Assembly (NCBI GenBank): GCA_964402555.1
Contig: CAYOCT010000039.1
Span: forward strand, 615 to 64,614
DNA from: an uncultured Nitrospiraceae bacterium
GTDB taxonomy: Bacteria > Hydrogenedentota > Hydrogenedentia > Hydrogenedentales > SLHB01
DNA: 64,000 nucleotides
Reading direction: 5' to 3'
The notes beneath the pieces were generated by a model. The model saw only the letters and a program-made list of their open reading frames with translations, searched no databases and was not told the DNA's origin. How positions within the stretch are numbered: position 1 is the first letter of the stretch; each line of letters opens with the position of its first letter. A program made the position numbers and the translations under genes. Positions 1 through 8,594 of this stretch are shown in pieces.

Positions 1-2042
1 ATTGCCGTTGGGAATTTGAACATGGCGAGGAAACGCTGCCGGTACAGGCTGTTCCAGAACACGAGCAGCAGGAATGGCAAGAGCAGGACGTACATCATCA
101 AGGCGCCGCCGCAGGCCGCGAACCCAAGGCCGAACAGGAGGAAGGGCAGCATGGAAGGACCCATGCGCGCCGCCGCAATGCCACCGAGCATCAAAACCAC
201 AGCAAGCGCAGGCACGACCATCGCTCCAAGCAGGACAAGACCGAACTTCGCCGCGGTGTATCGCTTGCGGCAGAAGAATGCGGCAATGACCACGGCGAAG
301 AAGAGCCATGCCACTTCGGCGGCATAGAGCATCGCACTGGGCCCAAGGAACGCCAGCGCTTTGGGCGTGGTCCCGTCCAAGCCGGTCGCGAACAGCAGGC
401 CCGCTCCACCCGCGATGGCCAGCACGACGCACGAAACGGCAAAGACGCCTCCACGGGTAAGCCGCTCGAACCGGTAGGCGACGAGCAGCAAGGCGCCGAT
501 GCCCAGCCACAGCAGTGGCACCGATTGCGGCACGGAGGGCAGGTTGATGGGTATGTCGATGCCGGAGGCGGCGGCCTGCTTGGCTGCACCGAGGAGCGCC
601 ACCGCGCCGAGTGCGACCGCGTAAGGAATGACGATCGCCCACGCGCGCCAGTTGCGGTTCGAGCGAAGCAGGAGCAGCAACGGAAGAATCGCCCACGGGA
701 GCAATGGGATCGCGCTCCACGCGAGTTTCCACGGCACTACAAGAGGGGGGCCTTCTTTCGGTCCCAGGGAACCCAGATTGGCGGAGGCTACAAGACGCAG
801 TTCGGTGTTGCCCATCGGAGGTACTCGCCATGAGTACGTGCAGCCACTCTTCCCTCAGCCATACTCGAACGTGCCGGACGCGATCTTCCGGTCGCCGCGA
901 TAGGCCGCAAACCTCGGAGGGTCGAACCGCGAGCCATCGCTCGAATAGGTTTCGCCGCCTGCGCCCATCAGTTTGTACGCGAGGTCGAACCGGTTGGCGA
1001 ATCGTTCCGCGGTAATGGTATTCCTCAGCGGCGCCCCGCACTTCAGCGTGGCCGTGCCGTCGGCAGGCAGGTTGCCCGTGAGGCCCGTACTACTGGCCCG
1101 CCAGAGCCGACCGCCCTGGCTCAAAGCAGCCAGTATCTCGGACTTCGCGCCGGACTTGTCGCCCAACACGTACACCGCGTTGACGTAGAAGTTTCCGGCT
1201 GGCAGTGTCACGGAACCTTCGGGCGCATCGAGGATCGCGCGGCGCTCGTCCATATTCAACACGAGGAACTTGATGTGCTCGCCTTCAATGGCCAGCTTGC
1301 CCGTAGGACACGACGCTTCTTTTACGGAAATCTGAGGCAGCCCTTCATGAAACGAGAAGTCGAGCGTATGATCGTATCCGTCGAAGAAGACATTCTTAAG
1401 GGCGGGAAAGTCCGTCGCGTCGACATTCAGATCAGCCAGATCGGGATTGTCGTCTCGCACGCGCTCTAGAAGGAGAAGATCTTCGGAATCGATCTCGCCG
1501 TCCAGGTTATCGGCCAGATACAGGACCCACTTCGCGCCGTGGTGGTCGAACTCACCGCGCCACCCCGAGACGACCTCCATGGAAAGAAGAGCGTCGACCA
1601 TAAATGTCAACTGCGCCCGATGGCTGACCAGGTTGTCGGCCGGACCGGAAAGCAGAACCACGTTGTCAAACGCGAGATGAGAAATGAAAGGCTCCTTCTT
1701 GCAGCTATAGACCGCTTCGGGGTCGTCTGTCAGATCAAGATTCCGATTCGCGTCCACATAGAGTTTTGCGGCGTCGAGGTCGCAGGCATAGCCCGTATAC
1801 CCGCTCTTGTCTTTGGCCGTCGGGAGGACTCCTCGCAGAATCTTCGCGCCTTCGTACGTAGGCTCTTTGCGGAAGACGATCTCCTGTTCTCGGCTCGGCG
1901 TGGTCAGACTCACATGAAAGCCGCTGTCCACCGCCGCGCAATGCACGACATATTCGGACGGCTGCGCCGACTCGTCCGCGAAGGAAAGAGAACAGAAAAG
2001 GCAGGCCGCGATCGTGCCCGCAAAGATCACGTTTGTACGCAT
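1..2042 (-). CDS. Candidate selenoprotein, 3'-truncated by the window: signal peptide + extracytoplasmic domain + in-frame UGA at 857..855 + multi-pass membrane domain. Conventional reading would be two ORFs, 2042..855 and 815..<1
   Basis: Track ORF 855..2096 has its likely start at ATG 2042 (MRTNVIFAGTIAACLFCSLSFA, signal-peptide-like) and ends FEYG-TGA. Manual translation shows the same frame open from 854 to the window edge (GKSGCTYSWRVPPMGNTELRLVASANLG... then about 7 hydrophobic segments). Confidence 0.7.
821..857 (-). promoter_or_regulatory. Putative bacterial SECIS-like hairpin downstream of in-frame UGA
   Basis: Minus strand reads TGA-17 nt-GTACTC-ATGGC-GAGTAC: a perfect 6-bp stem (837..832 with 826..821) and a 5-nt loop containing GG. 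Confidence 0.55.
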
Positions 2043-2141
2043 AGCATGCGTTCCCCTCATGGACATCGGTATATCACAGTTCAACGCGTGGCGCAAGAGC
2101 CGAAGACCCCGCGGACAGGCCCATGTGTCTGTGAGCAGGCG

Positions 2142-2906
2142 CTACGCGTCGTAACGAACTTCCATCAGCGCCAGGCCGTGCGCGGGCGCCGAGTGGCCGT
2201 GGAATGGACCGGGCGACGCCAGCAGATCCGCCAGCCGTTCCTCGGGCAAGGCGTCGCGCGCCACGTCGACCAGCGTGCCCACTATGTTGCGCACCATCTT
2301 GTACAGGAATCCGTCGCCATGGAATTCGAGCCGCCACACGTCTTGCGTGTCGCACGGGCCCGCGAAACCGCCGAGTTTCAGGTCGATCGCGTACACGGTG
2401 CGCACGGTGGATTCGACGTGGGCGCCGCTGCATTGGAACCCCGCGAAATCGTGCTGACCCACGAGACGCTGCGCGAGCGCGTGCACGCAATTGCGGTCGA
2501 TAGGCCAGCCCGTGTGCCACGCGTAGCGCGCCGCAAACGGGTCCGGCTCGCGCGCATCCGAGATCGCGTACGCATACCGTTTCGACGTGGCGCTGAAACG
2601 CGCGTTAAACGACTCGGGCGCCTCGTCGACGCTCTCGATTCGGATCTCGGGTCCAAGCATGCGCGATAACGACCGGCAGAGGCGCTTCGTATCCGCATCC
2701 CCGGGCCACTCGAACGAACAGACTTGCCCCAGCGCGTGGACTCCGGCGTCGGTTCTTCCGGAGCCCATCACGCGGACCGGTTGGGATACGATTTGCGATA
2801 GCGCGCGCTCGATCTCGCCCTGCACGGTACGCGCGTTTGGCTGGATCTGCCATCCGGCGAAACCGGTCCCGTCGTAACGCACGATCGCTTTCAACGTGTG
2901 TGCCAT
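2142..2906 (-). CDS. truA: tRNA pseudouridine(38-40) synthase TruA
   Basis: Motifs YDGTGFAGWQIQ, GSGRTDAGVHA, GFLYKMVRNIVG, APAHGLAL. Confidence 0.97.
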   Translation of the reverse strand: MAHTLKAIVRYDGTGFAGWQIQPNARTVQGEIERALSQIVSQPVRVMGSGRTDAGVHALGQVCSFEWPGDADTKRLCRSLSRMLGPEIRIESVDEAPESFNARFSATSKRYAYAISDAREPDPFAARYAWHTGWPIDRNCVHALAQRLVGQHDFAGFQCSGAHVESTVRTVYAIDLKLGGFAGPCDTQDVWRLEFHGDGFLYKMVRNIVGTLVDVARDALPEERLADLLASPGPFHGHSAPAHGLALMEVRYDA

Positions 2907-3005
2907 GCGGCCATCATAGCAGGAACGAAACTGCGCGCGATACGGCGGCCGTGACTCGGGATGCGCACTTGTGAAATGATGGCGCGAGAAAGCGAGGACC
3001 TATCG

Positions 3006-4142
3006 ATGCAGGACCGTCTCCATATCGCGCGCCTCAACCCGAAGGAAGAACGCCGGCTTCTCCGCGGGCATCTTTGGGCGTATCGCAATGAGTTCGCGCA
3101 GCTTCCCGATGTGGAAGACGGCGGGCTTGTCGAGGTTGTCGCGTCGTCGGGCCGGAGTGTCGGCGTCGGGTTCTATCAGGCACAAGGCGGCATCGCCGTG
3201 CGCTTGCTCGCGCGCAAACCGGCCGCAATCGACGGCGCGTTCTTCGCCGAACGCATCGCAGCGGCGCGGCGTTTTCGCGAAACCATTTTTCCAGACGAGA
3301 CGGTATATCGCTGGGTGTTCGGCGAAAGCGACGGACTGCCGGGGCTGGTTATCGATCGCTATGGCGCCGTCGTAGCCGTCGAAACCGCGTGCGCATTCTA
3401 TGGCCCGTGGCTCGATGCCGTCGCCGAGGTTCTGCTCACGACCGAAGGCGTGGACGGCATCCGCGCCGTGTGTTGTGGTGGCGTGCATCGCTATGGACAG
3501 GTTCCACCCGAGGCCGCGTGTAGGGTGGATGGTGTCGAGGTTAAGGTTCGCATCGAAAGCGGACAGAAGACCGGCCTGTTTCTCGATCAGCGCGCGAACT
3601 GGCCGATGGTCCGCCGCTATGCGTGCGGCGCGCGGGTGCTCGACGGCCACTGCTACGTGGGCCTGTGGAGCGTTCACGCGGCCCTCGCAGGCGCGAAGTA
3701 TGTGGTGGGCGTCGACACGTCGGGCCAGGCCATCGAGATGGCGGCGGCTCACGCGGAAGCCGCGGGCGTGAGCGATCGGTGCCGATTCGAGCGCGCCGAT
3801 ATCGAGGAGGTCCTCAGCCGCGGTGACCGCTACGACTGCATCGTGCTCGACCCGCCGGCCTACGCCAAGTCGCGCGCGCACGAACGTAAAGCGCTCGCGC
3901 AATACCAAGCGCTCAACGCGGCGGCAATGCAAGCCCTCGAACCGGGCGGGATCCTCATCACGTCGTCGTGCTCGCACTTCGTGAGCGCGGAGGCCTTCCT
4001 GGAAACGCTCAAACGCGTGGCAATATCAGCGCAACGCCAGGCATGGATTCTCGACGTGCGCGGCGCGGCTCCGGACCATCCTGTCTTGATGGCGATGCCC
4101 GAGACGTCGTATCTAAAGTGCGTCGTTATGCGCTTGCTCTGA
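3006..4142 (+). CDS. RlmI/RlmK-like class I SAM-dependent rRNA methyltransferase
   Basis: PUA-like N-terminus (GHLWAY), ESDGLPGLVIDRY, GQKTGLFLDQR, VLDPPAYAK, TSSCS. ATG 3006 follows GAGGAC. Confidence 0.9.
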   Translation: MQDRLHIARLNPKEERRLLRGHLWAYRNEFAQLPDVEDGGLVEVVASSGRSVGVGFYQAQGGIAVRLLARKPAAIDGAFFAERIAAARRFRETIFPDETVYRWVFGESDGLPGLVIDRYGAVVAVETACAFYGPWLDAVAEVLLTTEGVDGIRAVCCGGVHRYGQVPPEAACRVDGVEVKVRIESGQKTGLFLDQRANWPMVRRYACGARVLDGHCYVGLWSVHAALAGAKYVVGVDTSGQAIEMAAAHAEAAGVSDRCRFERADIEEVLSRGDRYDCIVLDPPAYAKSRAHERKALAQYQALNAAAMQALEPGGILITSSCSHFVSAEAFLETLKRVAISAQRQAWILDVRGAAPDHPVLMAMPETSYLKCVVMRLL

Positions 4143-4173
4143 CGCCGCTTGGGTCTCCACAATAGGCGCGTCT

Positions 4174-4320
4174 TCGTGATCGTGATCGTGATCGTAATCG
4201 TAATCGCCCCATCGAAGTAATCTCTTTTGGATATTGCCCGTATGAGTCTCGTCAGAGAAGGAACGGGCTGAACGGGAAAATCACTCTCGATTACGACTAC
4301 GATCACGACCACGATCACGA
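4174..4320. repeat. Inverted pair of hexamer arrays (TCGTRA)n / (CGATYA)n between convergent genes
   Basis: 4174-4206 tcgtgatcgtgatcgtgatcgtaatcgtaatcg and 4288-4320 cgattacgactacgatcacgaccacgatcacga are imperfect reverse complements. Confidence 0.85.
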
Positions 4321-5382
4321 AATGGTTGCGTCGGTTTCCATTTCCTCCATCGCGACCTCGCGTCGCTCGTCCGCGGAACGCCGGAGGGCCAGCGCGAAAC
4401 GCAGTATCTCGCGCGCTTGATCGCCGCGCAAGAGCGGATCCTCGACACCGCGGATTGCCCCGATGAAATTCTCCGTGGCATAACGGAATCCCGCGCCCCA
4501 ATCGGACTCGATGTCGTGATGGGTCCAGCCGTCGCTCGTGTAGACGCTGACCGCGGGACCATCCTGCAAGTTCCCGGTGCATCGCCGCACGAGCAAGATG
4601 CCGCGGCTTCCCGTCACTTCGAACCACTCGTCGCACGAGTAGTATCGCGTCGGGATTGCGAGGTCCATCGCCTGCGTGTAGTCGCACACGCCGTAGCGTT
4701 TCGCGTCCTTGTGCTTCCACATAATGACGGAGGGACAGTCGATGATGCGCTCGGTCCAATCGATCCACGCCGTCACGCGTTCGAACGCGCCCATGAGGTA
4801 CCACGCTGTCGCCCACATGTGATGTCCGTGATCGAAGGTCTGGAGACCGCGGCCGTTCTGGATCTCTTGCAGCCGCCACGCCCACGTTTCTTGCGGAACG
4901 GCCCAGCCATCGGACCAACGCCCACCGACGAACTTCATGCGCATGGTGATCGGTTCGCCAATTGTGCCGTCCTCGATAACGCGCTTCGCGAACGAAATCG
5001 GAGGATAGAAAAGATAATTGTCGGTGACCTTGTAGACCTTCTTCGTCTCGCGCACGGCATCGAGCATTCGGTCGGCGCTTGCGAGGCTGACGGTCATCGG
5101 TTTCTGCACGGCGATGTGTTTGCGCGCCTCGGCCGCCGCGATGACCATCGGCTCGTGGATGGTTTGCGGCGTCACGATTTCGACGGCGTCAATCTCGACG
5201 TCCGCAAGCAAATCGCGGTAGTCCGAGTAGGTCTTGGAAACGTTCCATTCCCGCTTGCGCCGCTGCGCGGTTTCGGAATCGACGTCGCAGATCGCCGTGA
5301 CTTCCGCGTCCGGATTGCCGGCATAACCCAGGTAATGGAGATCCGCAATGCGGCCAAGGCCAATGATGCCCACTCGGATCAC
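4315..5382 (-). CDS. Gfo/Idh/MocA family oxidoreductase
   Basis: Rossmann GIIGLGRIA, VQKPM (EKP-like), DHGHH. GTG start with GGAGG RBS. Confidence 0.92.
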   Translation of the reverse strand: MIRVGIIGLGRIADLHYLGYAGNPDAEVTAICDVDSETAQRRKREWNVSKTYSDYRDLLADVEIDAVEIVTPQTIHEPMVIAAAEARKHIAVQKPMTVSLASADRMLDAVRETKKVYKVTDNYLFYPPISFAKRVIEDGTIGEPITMRMKFVGGRWSDGWAVPQETWAWRLQEIQNGRGLQTFDHGHHMWATAWYLMGAFERVTAWIDWTERIIDCPSVIMWKHKDAKRYGVCDYTQAMDLAIPTRYYSCDEWFEVTGSRGILLVRRCTGNLQDGPAVSVYTSDGWTHHDIESDWGAGFRYATENFIGAIRGVEDPLLRGDQAREILRFALALRRSADERREVAMEEMETDATIS

Positions 5383-5425
5383 GTTCAGTCCTCCATGATC
5401 GCCGTATTGTCGTCGCTGCGGCCGG

Positions 5426-8400
5426 CTACGATTCCGCGCGCAATTCGAATGGCGCGAATAGGCCGTACTTCACCGAGTCGTACTCGGCGCCCGGCGGCGG
5501 ACCGGTCTCCGCGCCCTTGTGGAACGATCCCGGTGAGGCGAATCCCAGTGGCTGGTTGCCGTGGTGCGGCCCCATCGTATTCTTGAGCGTGCCGCAGACG
5601 ACGACCTCGACGCGGTTTTCGCCCGGAACGAGCAGTTTCGTCACGTCGCACTCGAAGGGCTGATGGAAGATGTAGCCCGCTTCGCTTCCGTTCACGAGGA
5701 CCTTCGCGACGCTGCCGTACCACGAGGGCAGCGCGACGACGTAGCGGCCCTTGGGTTGCGCGACGTTGAAGGCCTGCGTGTAGGCCACGTGATGCCCGTA
5801 GAGCGGGCAGCCCTGTTCGTTCCAAGCGCCGGCTTTCAGCGGTTGGGCAGGAACGATCGCGAATCCCTTTGCGGCGGGTTGCAGGGCGAACTCGCCGAGC
5901 ACGTAGGCGCACTCGAGTTCGTGGAACACGCTGAACGGCGACGCCTTCAGGCGCACTTCGTTCTCGCCCGCCTTGGCCGCCGCGGTGATATCGATCTTCC
6001 CGAAGGACCGGTCGAGCCACCACTGGCCTTCGGGCGCCGAGACGGGTTTGCCGTTACAGGTGACCGTGTAGAGATCGGCCCGTTCGATCACGAAGTACAA
6101 GGACGAAGGGACGGCGCCTTTGATGGTGAATTTGTACGCCGCTTCGAGGCCGCTGTCGGCCGGGAACGTCTTGCGCATGAATTCGTCGCCGAACTGCACC
6201 GCGTGATCCCACGGGTTCGCCGACATGCCGTTCTTCTGAAACGCAAATGTGTTCGCGCGATGGAAATGCAGGTCGGTCTTTGTCTCGCCGCCCGCGGACA
6301 CATCCATGTAGTCGAGCGTCAAAACGTTCGGATCGCACCGCCGCGCGTCCATCGGTCCCGCGGGTTCGACACGAACGGAAGGGCTTGCCGCGGCCGTCAC
6401 CGACTCGCAGGACTGTTTCGAGAAGAACAACAACAGGCTTCCGCATGGCGGCAGATTGAACGACACCGCGACCCCGTCCTTGTCGGACGCGAACGAGTAC
6501 GGCGCGATTTCGCCTGTCGCACAGTCCCACTGCTGCACGCCGTGCGCGTCCGACGCGATCTGCCCGGCGGTGGGCGCGTCGTTGCTCGTGTTCGAGAGGA
6601 AGACCAGATCGCCGTCGTCGAGCTTGCGCCGCATGTGGTACAGCGTGCCCTTGTCTTCCTGCGCGCGCACGATAGCAAATCCTTGACCCTGTCTTCCCTT
6701 GAGGAACGGCGCGAGATCCGAAGACTCTACATGTGACCACACCGGTGACTTCGCGAGGGTCTGGCCGCGCTCCGAAGGCTGGCCGTCGATCAACGCCGGA
6801 GGCAGCGCATCCACGGACACGATGGCGCCGCCGGCCTTCGCAAACGCTTCGAGCAACTCGCAAGTCTTCGCGTTCAGGTTCTCCATCGACGCGGGCAGCA
6901 CAACCGTGTCATAGCGCCGATGGCCCACCACGAGCGCCTTGCCATCGACGGAGCCGTGCTGCGCCATGATGTTCTCGCTGCCGAGATCGAACTCAACCTG
7001 GGCCTTCGCGAGCGACACGACGAGTTGCTGGAACGTCTCGCCGATCGCGTCGGCGCGATCACGTCCCGTGGTTTGATACATCCACACGGTCGTCGTCGGT
7101 TCGAGGACGAGGATGGTGTTCATCTGCTCGCCCCGCGACAAGGCCATCATGAGCCGCGTGAAATACGATTCGAGGACGTGATACGCGTCCCACCACGGCT
7201 CGTGATAGGAGAACGTCGGCGGATAGTCGCGTTTGCGCGCGCCGCGGATCGTAATGTGGGACAAGTGTTCATCGATGGTATTGACGCCGAGCACACAGAC
7301 CCAGTCGCCGAGCCGTTTGAAATCCTCGAAGCGCATGTCCCATCCGCTGCCGCCGTACGTCTCGCACAACGTGCGTTTCCGTCCCATCTGGTTGGCGACG
7401 CTCGCGAGTTCGATCACCGAGCGGACGTTGCCAAACTGCGCGTGGACGCCTTCGTTGTACTGATTGAAAAGGATGTCGATCGACGGGCGTTGATGCCACA
7501 TGTACATTGCCATGTTGTCCGGAACCGATACACAGTCCGGCCACGAGTGCTCCCAGTAGTGCCCGGTGAACTCGATGCCGAGGCGCTCGCAGTATTCCGA
7601 ATAGGGCTTCGCCCAGCGCTCGACAAACAGGTCCGAAAGCACCTGGAAATAGTTGTGCCGGACGCGCTTCCAGTCGCCGGTTTCCTGAAACAGCCCCGGC
7701 AGCGTATCGACCAGCGAGTAGCCCCACCGCGTGCCGAACACGCCGGCGAAATCCGCCGTCCAATGCAGGCCGCCCGCTGGGGCGAGATGCGGCTCGTCGG
7801 TGAACGATCCCGGCACGCGCGTGCCGAGCGCGCCGCCGAGTTCGCGATGGTACGCGCCGAGCGTGATATCGAGGAACTTCTCCGTCACACCGGGATACAG
7901 CAGGTCGACGTAATACTTGCCCGCGAACCACGGCGACGGTTTCGATTCCTCGATCAGGGCGACGAGGTAGCTGCCCTCAGGGAACGATTCGCCTTTGCGT
8001 GCGCGCTCGGTGATGTTCTCGCACGCGCCGCCGTCAAGCTTGTAGGCGGCGAGCGCGTTATCGTCCAGCTTCTCGATGCGCTTTGCTTCCTTCAGGTGCG
8101 CGCCGTGCCCGCGTGACTCCGGCATCGCCTCCGGCACGAACCCTCCCGCAAATCCCGACGGGTACGAATTCTCGTCGTAGATCCAGACGTTCATGTCGAG
8201 GCGTTCGGCTTCCGCAATACACGCCTTCCATAACCGGAACCAGTCCGGCGAGAGATAGGCCGTCATCAGGCCAGGCCGCGGATGCACGAAGACCTGCCGC
8301 ACGCCCTGTCCGGCCAGATCGCGCATGGTGGCGATCACTTCGTCTTCGGTCAGCAGGTCATTCCAAACCCATAGTGGCGCGGACGCGAATTCGCGCGGCG

Positions 8401-8509
8401 GATGGGCAAACATCGCCTTCATCGCGGCGGAATCGTCGGCAAACGCCGTCCCCATGCACGGAGCCGCTAGCATCCACAACCACGCTGGCAAGCAGTACGA
8501 ATATCGCAT
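5426..8509 (-). CDS. Secreted glycoside hydrolase, GH106 (alpha-L-rhamnosidase-like) family
   Basis: Signal peptide; APLWVWND, WIYDENSYPSGFAGG, FTDEP, ETYGGSGW, GVN motifs; C-terminal beta-sandwich. Confidence 0.75.
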   Translation of the reverse strand: MRYSYCLPAWLWMLAAPCMGTAFADDSAAMKAMFAHPPREFASAPLWVWNDLLTEDEVIATMRDLAGQGVRQVFVHPRPGLMTAYLSPDWFRLWKACIAEAERLDMNVWIYDENSYPSGFAGGFVPEAMPESRGHGAHLKEAKRIEKLDDNALAAYKLDGGACENITERARKGESFPEGSYLVALIEESKPSPWFAGKYYVDLLYPGVTEKFLDITLGAYHRELGGALGTRVPGSFTDEPHLAPAGGLHWTADFAGVFGTRWGYSLVDTLPGLFQETGDWKRVRHNYFQVLSDLFVERWAKPYSEYCERLGIEFTGHYWEHSWPDCVSVPDNMAMYMWHQRPSIDILFNQYNEGVHAQFGNVRSVIELASVANQMGRKRTLCETYGGSGWDMRFEDFKRLGDWVCVLGVNTIDEHLSHITIRGARKRDYPPTFSYHEPWWDAYHVLESYFTRLMMALSRGEQMNTILVLEPTTTVWMYQTTGRDRADAIGETFQQLVVSLAKAQVEFDLGSENIMAQHGSVDGKALVVGHRRYDTVVLPASMENLNAKTCELLEAFAKAGGAIVSVDALPPALIDGQPSERGQTLAKSPVWSHVESSDLAPFLKGRQGQGFAIVRAQEDKGTLYHMRRKLDDGDLVFLSNTSNDAPTAGQIASDAHGVQQWDCATGEIAPYSFASDKDGVAVSFNLPPCGSLLLFFSKQSCESVTAAASPSVRVEPAGPMDARRCDPNVLTLDYMDVSAGGETKTDLHFHRANTFAFQKNGMSANPWDHAVQFGDEFMRKTFPADSGLEAAYKFTIKGAVPSSLYFVIERADLYTVTCNGKPVSAPEGQWWLDRSFGKIDITAAAKAGENEVRLKASPFSVFHELECAYVLGEFALQPAAKGFAIVPAQPLKAGAWNEQGCPLYGHHVAYTQAFNVAQPKGRYVVALPSWYGSVAKVLVNGSEAGYIFHQPFECDVTKLLVPGENRVEVVVCGTLKNTMGPHHGNQPLGFASPGSFHKGAETGPPPGAEYDSVKYGLFAPFELRAES

Positions 8510-8594
8510 TGTCGAACTTCCTTTCTATAGTGGATTGGTGCGTTTCGCTTCGCTGCACGCACCCTACAATGGCACGTTCGCTCAATCCAGTAGC

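Noticed and set aside
1-815. Independent membrane-protein gene starting at ATG 815
   Set aside because: Not excluded, but disfavoured: no clear RBS, same frame as the upstream ORF, and the intervening codons and hairpin fit read-through better.
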